The translations under genes and the position numbers were made by a program. Shown in pieces: positions 1 to 10,413 of a stretch of DNA of 64,000 nt. The stretch's first letter is position 1. Every line of letters begins with the position of its first letter. Origin of the DNA: Hydrurus foetidus (Eukaryota); NCBI GenBank assembly GCA_900617105.1, contig UYFQ01000013.1:1-64000 (forward strand), read 5' to 3'. The notes beneath the pieces were generated by a model. It was not told the DNA's origin. It made no database searches and worked only from the letters and a program-made list of their open reading frames with translations.

Positions 1-538
1 CGGGCGTTTGGGCCGGCTTTCGTTTCTATAACGATGTGACTTGCTTTTACTCGACTCAGAGCTACTTGCTTCGTTAGGCTTCGCGTTTTGAAGCCGTCAC
101 GATTTTGTCGCGAAAATCTCGACGACTCGAACTTTTTAACCAAAGCGTTTCAGAGGCTGTCGATTAGACGTAGACTTTGTAGTGTCTTTCGACGTTGTTT
201 TCACTTGTTTCCAAGTTACTAGCTTGTTTGCACGCCGTTTACGGGTCGTGGCGATGTTTTTGGGAAGCGTTTTGGAACTGGTCTCTAAAAAGAGCACCAA
301 GTTGGTCCAAATACTAGTATTGTGGCCTAACTATGGGCTCGGCGGTGGGACTGCTGGGACAGGGCGCGGGGGCAAGAGGAAGGCAGCTGTTGTGCTGGTG
401 CTATTGCTAAAGAGATGTGGTTAGCTTACAGATAAACACAGAGATAGGCAAGTCATGAATCGGATGGCTCGGATCGTCCCCGATCCGAACCGAACGTACG
501 CCGGTACCCCGTACAGCTGTACAGCTGTGCGGGTCACA
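1..538 (-). mobile_element. 5' end (5' LTR 321-538 plus leader) of a second copy (B) of the Gypsy chromovirus; the rest lies outside the window
   Basis: 1-320 aligns to the leader 9544-9864 of element A with several substitutions; 321-538 is the LTR (one extra C in ggtaccccgtac); outer flank ATAC. Confidence 0.9.
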
Positions 539-2853
539 ATACTGCCAAGCTACGTCATTGGATCATCGTCGTCCATGGAAGGCACCATCTTTCGTTCGCT
601 ATCTTTCATCGGCTATCGTTCTTCTGCCGTCACTCATCGGCCATCTATTACAACGGGAGATTCCATCTCGGCGAATCCTCCCTCGCTTGCAGATAGTGCA
701 ACCAACGGACTATTCAATACTGCATCTTGTTTTCCCTCTTTAATCCACTTTCTATCTTAGCTCCCGTCGTGGAAAGGGGGAACCCCTTGCATTTTTTTCA
801 ACGAATATGCCATCAATCCATCTGTGTGCCATCGACGGACAACTATGAAGAGGGAAGCACCATCAGTCCTTTGACCAACGCTGATGCCATCATTACTTGC
901 ATCATTTATTTCTGTGTCATTCTGCGTAACGTATGGTCTTTGTCTGCTTGTCTGATGCCATGGCTTTTCTAACGACGCTCATCAAGAACATAAATGTTTA
1001 CGGTGTCGCAACTACTTCGAGATTGAAACCTTACTTTCGCTCGCGATGCATTCTGCTCTCAAACACCCTCATCTTTAAATCAGTTAATTTTTAATGAGAC
1101 ATATTTAGCAAACAATTAAGAATGATTTAAATTTGTCCCGTAAAACTCCGGCGGAAGCAAGTGCACTTCCCATAAACGGTGTGTCTGCTATTGACTGTTT
1201 CGGCAAGTGACTGACCGAAATACACACATCTAATATTTATTAATTAACCCACTTATTTGTACAATAAACGTTGATTCTTGATTGATTGTTCGCATATTAT
1301 GCTTATACTCACGAGGGTCACACAATTTTCATTATGAGAATACAGAATTTCATAGAATTATTCGTGTTCCGTTTTTCGACCTTTTGTATCGCCTTATACG
1401 CATACTGTAGCTATACCAGCACTGTAGCATCTTTTAATCATCGGCTATAATCATCATGTGCAATTAAAATTCCACCTTGTGGCCTAACTATGGGCTCGGC
1501 GGTGGGACTGCTGGGACAGGGCGCGGGGGCAAGAGGAAGGCAGCTGTTGTGCTGGTGCTATTGCTAAAGAGATGTGGTTAGCTTACAGATAAACACAGAG
1601 ATAGGCAAGTCATGAATCGGATGGCTCGGATCGTCCCCGATCCGAACCGAACGTACGCCGGTACCCGTACAGCTGTACAGCTGTGCGGGTCACAATACTG
1701 CCAAGCTACGTCATTGGATCACCAACGTCGTCCATGGAAGGCACCATCTTTCGTTCGCTATCTTTCATCGGCTATCGTTCTTCTGCCGTCACTCATCGGC
1801 CATCTATTACAACGGGAGATTCCATCTCGGCGAATCCTCCCTCGCTTGCAGATAGTGCAACCAACGGACTATTCAATACTGCATCTTGTTTTCCCTCTTT
1901 AATCCACTTTCTATCTTAGCTCCCGTCGTGGAAAGGGGGAACCCCTTGCATTTTTTTCAACGAATATGCCATCAATCCATCTGTGTGCCATCGACGGACA
2001 ACTATGAAGAGGGAAGCACCATCAGTCCTTTGACCAACGCTGATGCCATCATTACTTGCATCATTTATTTCTGTGTCATTCTGCGTAACGTATGGTCTTT
2101 GTCTGCTTGTCTGATGCCATGGCTTTTCTAACGACGCTCATCAAGAACATAAATGTTTACGGTGTCGCAACTACTTCGAGATTGAAACCTTACTTTCGCT
2201 CGCGATGCATTCTGCTCTCAAACACCCGCATCTTTAAATCAGTTAATTTTTAATGAGACATATTTAGCAAACAATTAAGAATGATTTAAATTTGTCCCGT
2301 AAAACTCCGGCGGAAGCAAGTGCACTTCCCATAAACGGTGTGTCTGCTATTGACTGTTTCGGCAAGTGACTGACCGAAATACACACATCTAATATTTATT
2401 AATTAACCCACTTATTTGTACAATAAACGTTGATTCTTGATTGATTGTTCGCATATTATGCTTATACTCACGAGGGTCACACAATTTTCATTATGAGAAT
2501 ACAGAATTTCATAGAATTATTCGTGTTCCGTTTTTCGACCTTTTGTATCGCCTTATACGCATACTGTAGCTATACCAGCACTGTAGCATCTTTTAATCAT
2601 CGGCTATTATCATCATGTGCAATTAAAATTCCACCTTGTGGCCTAACTATGGGCTCGGCGGTGGGACTGCTGGGACAGGGCGCGGGGGCAAGAGGAAGGC
2701 AGCTGTTGTGCTGGTGCTATTGCTAAAGAGATGTGGTTAGCTTACAGATAAACACAGAGATAGGCAAGTCATGAATCGGATGGCTCGGATCGTCCCCGAT
2801 CCGAACCGAACGTACGCCGGTACCCGTACAGCTGTACAGCTGTGCGGGTCACA
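321..2853. repeat. Tandem array LTR-X-LTR-X-LTR, period ~1157-1159 bp
   Basis: LTRs at 321-538, 1478-1694 and 2637-2853; spacer X at 539-1477 and 1695-2636 is near-identical (at least three differences seen, including a small indel near 565/1720). Confidence 0.95.
1478..1694 (-). mobile_element. Solo (recombinant) LTR with mismatched flanks
   Basis: 217-bp TG...CA LTR; left flank ACCT matches element A, right flank ATAC matches element B. Confidence 0.9.
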
Positions 2854-3008
2854 ATGGCCTCCCTCTCTCGAAAAAAAGGGTGTACTAAATTTTTCATGAA
2901 CAATTTATCTATGCTTAAATACTAACATATAACTACTATTTCACGGTGAACATTGAGTTTTTTTTTTTTTTTTTTATATAAACCTATATGTTTCATACTG
3001 TATATCGG

Positions 3009-6000
3009 TTAACGATAATTTTCAGCGAATTTACTTGGAATCAAGTGTTTTAGGTTTTTAGCAATTAAGAACTCGTGGACTTTTTCAGCGTCACGCATGT
3101 TTTTCCACGGTTCCCAAGTGTTTCTGTCGTGGGGATAATTTAGCCACTTTACGTGAAACTTTAATGTTCCCACGACTCGGATGTTTCCTTCCATTGCTAG
3201 GATATCTTCGATAAAGAACTCGAGATAATCTCGTCGGGCGATATCGGTTGGGTTGACCTTTGTGGGGTCAAACTCAAATTGTTTAATATTTGATACATGG
3301 TATCTTTTTTCGCGGTTGGTAATAAGATCGAGTAGGGTATACTCGTCGAGATCGTTAGCGACCACTTGCATGGGACCTTTCCATAAAGTGTGCATGCGTG
3401 TTGGTTTTGATGTGCGGTGGGTAACCAGTACCAACGAGTCGATTTCGAACGTTGTGTAGTCGGTGGAACCGCCTGCTTTTCGTTTCTCGTCCGCTTCTTT
3501 GAGTAGTTCAGCAGTGATTCTGATGAGTTCATCTTGCATCTGCATAATTTTCTCAGTAGAATGGGTGACATGAGCCATGTCTAAGTTTATCTCATCTCGA
3601 GGGAGAAGGATGTTGGCATCAAGGTCAATAGCATTGCCGTATATAAGCTTCGCTGCTGTTGACTGTGTCCGTACGTTGAATGTCGTATTTATAATTCGTT
3701 GTACGAATGGTAAAATTTCTCGGTAGTTTTCCGTAGTTGCACGGTCAAATGTAAATGCCGTGATGTGTCGGTTAATTTCCTTATTCATACGCTCTACTAT
3801 CGAGTTTTCTTGCGAAGAGTATGGTAGAATAAGGTTGTGTGTTGTACCGGCAACTTTTACAAATTCCTCTAGGATTTTGTTTACGAAATGGGAACCGTTA
3901 TCGGATCGCAGGAATTTGGGAGCTCCGTAGCGACCGATGTGTTCTATTAGGCCTGTTACGGCCGATTTTGCAGTATTATCAGATGTGGCTGATAGTTCGA
4001 CAAACCTTGTGAAGGTGTCTACCATAACAAGGATGTATCCTTTATCCGGGAATGGACCAATAAAGTCTATGTTTATGCATTCCATAGGTGCATATGTTGA
4101 TGTTGTGAAACGGTGGGTGACGGGTTTTTGTTTGTCAGCAGACATCTTTTGGCAACACGGGCATTGTTTAATGTATGCTCTTATATCGTGTCTCATGCCT
4201 TCCCATACTTTCCCTATTTTTTTTAGGTTTCGCAAAGTGCGATTGAATCCTCCGTGCCCAACGGTAGAGTTGTGGGCACGCATTAAGTATGCATATATTT
4301 CCGCTGCAATCGGTTTGCAAGTTAGGATTGCTGTTATGATGTGTTTCGGCATCTTGTTTTTACATAGGCGTGACATTGCGTCAGCGACTTCATTATTTTT
4401 CCCAGGGATATACCCTATCGTAAAGTCTAATTCCTGTAGCGCACAGCGCCATCTTCCGACCATCTCATTTTTATCCTTGTGCAGGAAAGTAAGATTTTTG
4501 TGATCGGTCAGGATAGTAAACTTACGATCTCGTAGCAGGGCGTCGAGATAGTCACAGCAAAAGTAAAGGGCGTAAGCCTCTTTTTGTATTACGGACCATT
4601 TCAACTGGGTCTTGGTGAGAGATTTGCTAACGAGAGCGACGAGTTGTTTGACTCCGTCGACTTCTTGATATAAATAACCACCTTTACCGTAATCAGACGC
4701 ATCTGTCATGAGGGTAATAGGTGCTACATCGTCGATGAAATATAATAAGGGACTCTTGGAGATAAGATCTTTGACTAACGTAAACGCGTCGGCCGCTTCG
4801 TCTGTCCAGACAAGCAATGTTTGCTTTTTGGCGGCGTGATCTATCATTTTGTGTAGCGGTGCTACCACATTTGAGTGATTTGGTACATGATCCCTAAAGT
4901 AATTGGTGAGACCGAGGAACGAACGTAGTTCAGTTGTCTTTCTTGGCATCGGAAAGTCAGTCACACCCGTTATCTTTTTGGAGCTCATTGATATACCTTC
5001 CTTAGATATTTGTCTACCTACATATTCAACTACTTTGACGTTAAGTCTTAGCTTTGCAGCTTTGAGTGAAATGTTTTTATCTTCTAGACGTTGAAACAAT
5101 GTTTCTAAACGTTCACAGAATTGGATGTGTCCATCAGCATATATGATGATGTCGTCTAAATAGACTTCACAGATGCTGTATATAAGGCCAAGTAGTACTA
5201 TTGACGCCATCATCTGTTGAAAGTATGATGGGGCCATCTTGGGACCGAATGGTAGTCGTGTGAATTGGTATATACCCATAAATGTTATAAATGCGGTAAA
5301 TACTTGTGCCGCCAGTGTTATTGGGGCTTGGTGGTATCCGGCCGTAAGGTCGATTACGCCGAATACGTTTGGCCGTTGGGCGCCAAGTCTGTATAACATT
5401 TGTTTTATATTTGGGATCGGCCAACTTGCAGATTCGGTTGCCTCATTGAGGTTCCTGTAATCTATGCAGAATCGGAGTGAACCGTCTGGTTTATTTGCAA
5501 GTATTACTTGGGAGTAATATGAGGCATCTGATGGTTTTATTATTCCCTTTTTGAGCATTGCTACGATTTGTTTTCTGATTTCCTCTTGTCGCATCGTTGA
5601 AGCGACTCTGGGAGCACCCCGATTACGGAAGTGTTTCCATTGAGGTATGTTTACCTTTTTGAAATCAAAAGGAGGAATTCGAGCGGGTTCTGGACCCAGC
5701 TCGTTTTTGAAAAGCGATTTGTGTTTTATGCAAATCGCTTTAATTTCGGCAATCTCAGTTGGTGTACCATCGATATGTATTAAATCAATTAAGTACATCG
5801 AATCGTCGTTTGGATTGTCTTGAAAAGGAGCGAAGGTATCCTTCGACTTGTAGTCGATCCCTTCCTTATCACGGAAAGACCGAACCTCAGGGAGGTCTTC
5901 GTCTTCCTCCCTAAGTAGAGCTGCCGCAATACCACGCGTTTCGGTTGGTGTTATGGATGAGGGTGTAAGAGTAGCTACTCTCTTACGCCTTTTGGTTTTT

Positions 6001-6215
6001 ACACCAGATCCATTCTGACGCGGAAGTGGCAACACTAGTGTTGTCAAATTGGTGGTGCGTAGTATGGACTCATCGGAAGCAAGCTGAGCAACTGCCGTCG
6101 CTGAGCTTGTAGAACACCCGCATGAAGAGTTGCAAGTCTTGTGTGTACAAGCACCTCGAGCTACCAGGTTATCCTGCCGGGGAAAGTCTGTAGTCGAGGG
6201 ATTTATGCCCTCCAT
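3009..6215 (-). CDS. pol: Gypsy Pol: reverse transcriptase, RNase H, integrase, chromodomain
   Basis: LRFCIDYRNLN, YLDD, TDAS/EAYAL/TDHKNL/ADAMSR, HHCC (AHNSTVGH...CPCCQK), IDFIG/SDNGSHF/ERMN, and a C-terminal chromodomain FHVKWLNY...TWEP. Confidence 0.95.
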   Translation of the reverse strand: MEGINPSTTDFPRQDNLVARGACTHKTCNSSCGCSTSSATAVAQLASDESILRTTNLTTLVLPLPRQNGSGVKTKRRKRVATLTPSSITPTETRGIAAALLREEDEDLPEVRSFRDKEGIDYKSKDTFAPFQDNPNDDSMYLIDLIHIDGTPTEIAEIKAICIKHKSLFKNELGPEPARIPPFDFKKVNIPQWKHFRNRGAPRVASTMRQEEIRKQIVAMLKKGIIKPSDASYYSQVILANKPDGSLRFCIDYRNLNEATESASWPIPNIKQMLYRLGAQRPNVFGVIDLTAGYHQAPITLAAQVFTAFITFMGIYQFTRLPFGPKMAPSYFQQMMASIVLLGLIYSICEVYLDDIIIYADGHIQFCERLETLFQRLEDKNISLKAAKLRLNVKVVEYVGRQISKEGISMSSKKITGVTDFPMPRKTTELRSFLGLTNYFRDHVPNHSNVVAPLHKMIDHAAKKQTLLVWTDEAADAFTLVKDLISKSPLLYFIDDVAPITLMTDASDYGKGGYLYQEVDGVKQLVALVSKSLTKTQLKWSVIQKEAYALYFCCDYLDALLRDRKFTILTDHKNLTFLHKDKNEMVGRWRCALQELDFTIGYIPGKNNEVADAMSRLCKNKMPKHIITAILTCKPIAAEIYAYLMRAHNSTVGHGGFNRTLRNLKKIGKVWEGMRHDIRAYIKQCPCCQKMSADKQKPVTHRFTTSTYAPMECINIDFIGPFPDKGYILVMVDTFTRFVELSATSDNTAKSAVTGLIEHIGRYGAPKFLRSDNGSHFVNKILEEFVKVAGTTHNLILPYSSQENSIVERMNKEINRHITAFTFDRATTENYREILPFVQRIINTTFNVRTQSTAAKLIYGNAIDLDANILLPRDEINLDMAHVTHSTEKIMQMQDELIRITAELLKEADEKRKAGGSTDYTTFEIDSLVLVTHRTSKPTRMHTLWKGPMQVVANDLDEYTLLDLITNREKRYHVSNIKQFEFDPTKVNPTDIARRDYLEFFIEDILAMEGNIRVVGTLKFHVKWLNYPHDRNTWEPWKNMRDAEKVHEFLIAKNLKHLIPSKFAENYR

Positions 6216-6289
6216 GACAAAAATGCCAGGAGGTAATGGGGACCCTGGGTCAGCTATTTTACTTTCCTTTTGGACAGTGCCCTTTTCCG

Positions 6290-7819
6290 TTAGTAACGGT
6301 AAAGGAATTTCCGTTTGGATTGTGTCTGCTGTTCTGATATTACCTCGGGGGGTAGTTCGGTGTCTATGAGGACCGTGTGTGGTACTTGTGCATCGTCCTC
6401 AGCCGAGAACGACACCCTTTGTTTCTTCAGCGGTGAAGCTGGTATCGCACTAGGCGTTATTTTATCGAGGTTCTGGAAGAACTCTGGTATAATTTTTACT
6501 AAATTTAAATTTTTTATAGTCTGTAATCCTAAGATTAGGTCGACTTTTGACTCCGGAGCTATTCGGACAGGAAGACTAAAAGTGTGTTTTAAATCGTCTT
6601 TATTAAATGATACAACAATATCAAGCACATTTGTAGATTCTACACATTGATTATTTAAGCCACTACACATCCACATGGGTGAGTTGGAATTCCTCAAGTG
6701 GGTTTCGCCACGGAGGCCCCGAAGGACTCTACCGTTGATGACGTCCCCGACTTGACATCCAGTGTCGATTTGGGCCAAGGCTTCCATGCCTCTAGTTTGG
6801 CACGTATTGGTTGGAGGAGGAGGAAGAAGAGGAAGACTTATGTCTGTCCCCCTCCTTGCTCTCCGCCTGGTGCGAGTTGTCCCTGCGATCGTCAGGTCGG
6901 TCGCGACTTGGTTTGAAATTGGCGATCGGATCTGTGGTAGAGATATGTGAACTTGTAAGAAATCATCTATGTTTTCAGTTAATACAGCTGATAGAAGTTG
7001 TTTCATTGACGGTAATTCTCGAGCGTACTCGATTATGTCCGTACTTGGGTTAGCAAGTTGTGACTTACTTTTTCCCTTGTAGTTGGAGCTCAACTTGTTC
7101 GTGTTAGAACGATCGTTGTCCCTATCCGGTTGAGTCTGGTTGCTCTTGTACTTGTTGTACTTGGTGTTGTTGTTGGTGGCCAGCTTTTGTTTCTTGGTCG
7201 GACGGTCGTCTTGGGCTCTCCCTGGAGGAGAGAAGTTGTTCTCAACATCGTCAGATGGATACACGTAGGTAGCTGCCCCGGGGTTGTTGGTGTCCCGGGT
7301 AAGTTCCCCGTTGATGTACACATTTGGTACGAAGAATTCGTGACCAATCCGTTTGAAGTCCTTTGCCTCCTCAGACTGCGACCAAGTGCGATGGCTACGG
7401 TTGCAGTGAGGGTTCATGTGGTTTTGGCATTCGTAACGGTTGTGTCCCTTTTTGCCACAGGTGTGACAGAAGTTGGTCGCCCGGCTGAGGCCGGACGACT
7501 CAGGGTCCACCTGACGTTTTGGGATTGCCTTGTAGGCGTTAGCCGAGTGGCTGTCACGGTGAGGTGCGACCTCAACGTCGTCTTGGTCGGTTGGCGTTAG
7601 CTTTGACTCGAAGACGAAGTCGAGACCTCCCATGTCCTCCGCGTCTTTGATCATCTGGCGTGCTTCGCCCAGCATGACGACAAGACGCGTGAGCATTTTG
7701 AAGATGGTATCTTTCCCGGTCTTTTTCGTCTTACGTTTTGTCTTTGCCATGAAATTGTCTGTAAACTTGTTGTTCTTTGGCAGCTTCTTGTAGAAGGCCT
7801 TACAGATATCATTTTGCAT
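6290..7819 (-). CDS. gag: Gypsy Gag C-terminal part (zinc knuckle) and aspartic protease; joined to pol by a frame change near 6335
   Basis: CHTCGKKGHNRYEC CCHC knuckle; AQIDTGC and DLILG protease motifs; the pol frame is open across ~6290-6400. Confidence 0.85.
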   Translation of the reverse strand: MQNDICKAFYKKLPKNNKFTDNFMAKTKRKTKKTGKDTIFKMLTRLVVMLGEARQMIKDAEDMGGLDFVFESKLTPTDQDDVEVAPHRDSHSANAYKAIPKRQVDPESSGLSRATNFCHTCGKKGHNRYECQNHMNPHCNRSHRTWSQSEEAKDFKRIGHEFFVPNVYINGELTRDTNNPGAATYVYPSDDVENNFSPPGRAQDDRPTKKQKLATNNNTKYNKYKSNQTQPDRDNDRSNTNKLSSNYKGKSKSQLANPSTDIIEYARELPSMKQLLSAVLTENIDDFLQVHISLPQIRSPISNQVATDLTIAGTTRTRRRARRGTDISLPLLPPPPTNTCQTRGMEALAQIDTGCQVGDVINGRVLRGLRGETHLRNSNSPMWMCSGLNNQCVESTNVLDIVVSFNKDDLKHTFSLPVRIAPESKVDLILGLQTIKNLNLVKIIPEFFQNLDKITPSAIPASPLKKQRVSFSAEDDAQVPHTVLIDTELPPEVISEQQTQSKRKFLYRY

Positions 7820-9315
7820 GTCGGCATCGATATTGTCGTATGACGTCCAGAATCCGAGTAGGATGTCACGGAACTCAGAGAGAGCTCTGTCTTCAACAGA
7901 AGGATCTTTCCAGCTGATGCGGAATTTGCAATTTTTTTAACTTCATTTCGAAGTCGAAATGGGAAGACGTACGCTTGTTTTTGTAAAAGATCTTTTTAAG
8001 ATCATTTGCAATGTTCTTTAGCGTTAACGTTTTGCCGTCAACCGTTGGCCAGGCGAGACAAGTCTTGGTGTTGTAACCTGTCTCGCTTTTGCATCGAAGC
8101 AACTGGTCGCGGATCGTTTGGATGGCATCCATTTCGATTAGCATTTCCCAACTGGTTAACATACCGGGGCGGTATGCTTGTTCGTAAAACGCTCTTGCTG
8201 CTTTGTCAGCGTCGTCGAGAAGTTTTTCTCGAGTGAGGTAGTACGAGTGAGGTAGTACGCCTCCTTCATGTTGATGATGGAGGTTTGCAAACCCGCTTTG
8301 CGTTGTGGAGGGGAATCCTCTTCCGAGTTTTCCGCCTTTTGCGCGCGGTGTGTTTTACCGGATTTGGCATCGGTTTTGGTTTTCACCTTTTTGTCCTTTG
8401 GGGCGGGTTTGGGACCCGCCTTTGGGGACTTTTTCTTGGCGAGGGGTTTTATCTTAAGGGACTTCTTGTCCTTGGGCTTAGACTTTTCGGGTTCGACCTC
8501 CTCGTCGTCTTCGACTTCGACTTCAGCTTTCGCCTCATCGTCGTCGCTGTTGTCGTTCCCGTCGTCGTCCCCGTCACCCTCTCCGTCGTCCCCGTCGCCA
8601 CTACTTGCGTCGGACTCGTCGGAGGAGCTGTCGGGGTTGCCACCATCGCCTCCCGTGTCGTTAACGTCGTCGACGTTACTGTCGTTGTCGTCGTCGGACT
8701 CGTCGGGGGTTTGTCGTCGTCGTTGTTGTTGGCATTGTCGTCACCGTCGGCGTCAGCCTCCGGATCTGACTCGGCGTCGGCCTCGGCCTTGCCGGTGTCG
8801 GATGCCTTTTTTGTTTTGACTTTGGCGTCGACTGATGGTTCGAACAGATCGTCCTCTGCACCGATCTGTTGCAGTCGCGGAGGGAGTATCGAGATTTCTC
8901 CCCCTCTTTTTAAGTACCCGCGGGTATCGAGGGGAGAGTCTGTCTCGCCCTCGGCTTCCTCGGGTGCCAACCCGAGGAGCTCGTCGTTTGAGGGCTCTAA
9001 AGCGTCGGCAGCAGCTTGTGCAGCAGCTATTTGTGCTTGCTCTAGTTTGTGAGCTGCTTGCATTTCTTTTGTTGCTGCTATGACGCTTTGGAAGAAAATT
9101 TGTTCGTCCTCAAGACGAGTTGGGGTAGCCGAAACATGTATTGCTTCTTTGGCCAGAGCCTGTATCGATTTCTCGATGTTTTGCTTTACAAGGGCCTGCT
9201 CCGCTTTGTGCTTCTCCTTCTCAGTGAGAGGAGCACTGCGCGAAGCGCTTGGAGCTGAAGAAGCAGAGGCGGCTGCGTTAGCAGCCGCTTTCTTCTTTAT
9301 TTGGGCCCTTGTCAT
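7820..9315 (-). pseudogene. Frameshifted N-terminal Gag region with Ala-rich, acidic and Lys-rich low-complexity tracts
   Basis: Successive ORFs 8449-9315, 8156-8386, 7893-8162 and 7651-7896 tile the interval; switching frame near 8710 gives a continuous D/E/G-rich then K-rich peptide. Confidence 0.7.
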
Positions 9316-10413
9316 CGGACTTTTGTCTTGAGCTTGAAACGTCTGGATCTTGGGGTCTTGGACAGCGACGGAACTCGGACGCGGCGCTCTATGGAGCTGA
9401 GGATGTGGTCCCGCAGCTATGATGTCGTGGGATCGTAGGATCCTTTAACTGATGGAGCTGTTGGTGGTTTACTTTCGCGCGATTTCGTCGGAAATCGCTC
9501 GAAAAGTTGCCTGGCGTTTTGAACCTTTCAAGGAGCTAAACTGCGGGCGTTTTGGCCAGCTTTCGTTTCTATAACGATGGGACTTGCTTTTGCTCGACTC
9601 AGAGCTACTTGCTTCGTTAGGCTTCGAGTTTTGAAGCCGTCACGATTTTGTCGCGAAAATCTCGACGACTCGAACTTTTTAACGAAAGCGTTTCAGAGGC
9701 TGTCGATTAGACGTAGCCTTTGTAGTGTCTTTCGACGTTGTTTTCACTTGTTTCCAAGTTACTAGCTTGTTTGCACGCCGTTTTACGGGTCGTGGCGATG
9801 TTTTTGGGAAGCGTTTTGGAACTGGTCTCTAAAAAGAGCACCAAGTTGGTCCAAATACTAGTATTGTGGCCGAACTATGGGCTCGGCGGTGGGACTGCTG
9901 GGACAGGGCGCGGGGGCAAGAGGAAGGCAGCTGTTGTGCTGGTGCTATTGCTAAAGAGATGTGGTTAGCTTACAGATAAACACAGAGATAGGCAAGTCAT
10001 GAATCGGATGGCTCGGATCGTCCCCGATCCGAACCGAACGTACGCCGGTACCCGTACAGCTGTACAGCTGTGCGGGTCACAACCTCAGCACAGGAACAAA
10101 ATGGATGTGGCGATAAACTTAAGCATTCAACTACTATTAGACAAGGATGACGGGCAGTACGACAAGGTGCTGTTCGCGATTGGTCAAGTTATATGCTGCA
10201 ACTCATAGAACATTTTAATTTACTCCATTGCACTGTTTACGTTTTGAGAATTTAATGACATTAAACAGTTAAGGCTTTGACTACTAAATAATTTAATCAT
10301 CATCCGGGAAAACCAGCAGGAAGGGCATTTAATCCCGCCACCACCCCCTACCGGGGGGTCCCCCCCCCCCCTCCAGGAGACATCTCTACATGGTCACTAG
10401 CGGCCCCCCCGGT

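Larger units (their letters stand above)
2637..10081 (-). mobile_element. Full-length Ty3/Gypsy chromovirus LTR retrotransposon (copy A)
   Basis: 217-bp LTRs at 2637-2853 and 9865-10081 (TGTGA...CCACA on -, one substitution seen); 4-bp TSD ACCT (2633-2636, 10082-10085); PPT GAGAGAGGGAGG next to the 3' LTR; domain order gag-PR-RT-RH-IN-chromo. Confidence 0.95.

Noticed and set aside
182..2726. Repeated short plus-strand ORFs
   Set aside because: They cross LTR/spacer junctions and recur only because the DNA is duplicated
1478..2853. LTR-X-LTR as a TRIM or non-autonomous retroelement
   Set aside because: No PBS or PPT inside X and no TSD around the unit; the flanks are explained by recombination
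8268..9052. Long plus-strand ORFs opposite gag
   Set aside because: Antisense shadows of GC-rich low-complexity coding sequence
10391..10400. Helitron 3' end (CTAG)
   Set aside because: Not followed by T, and the motif is better explained as one arm of a TIR pair
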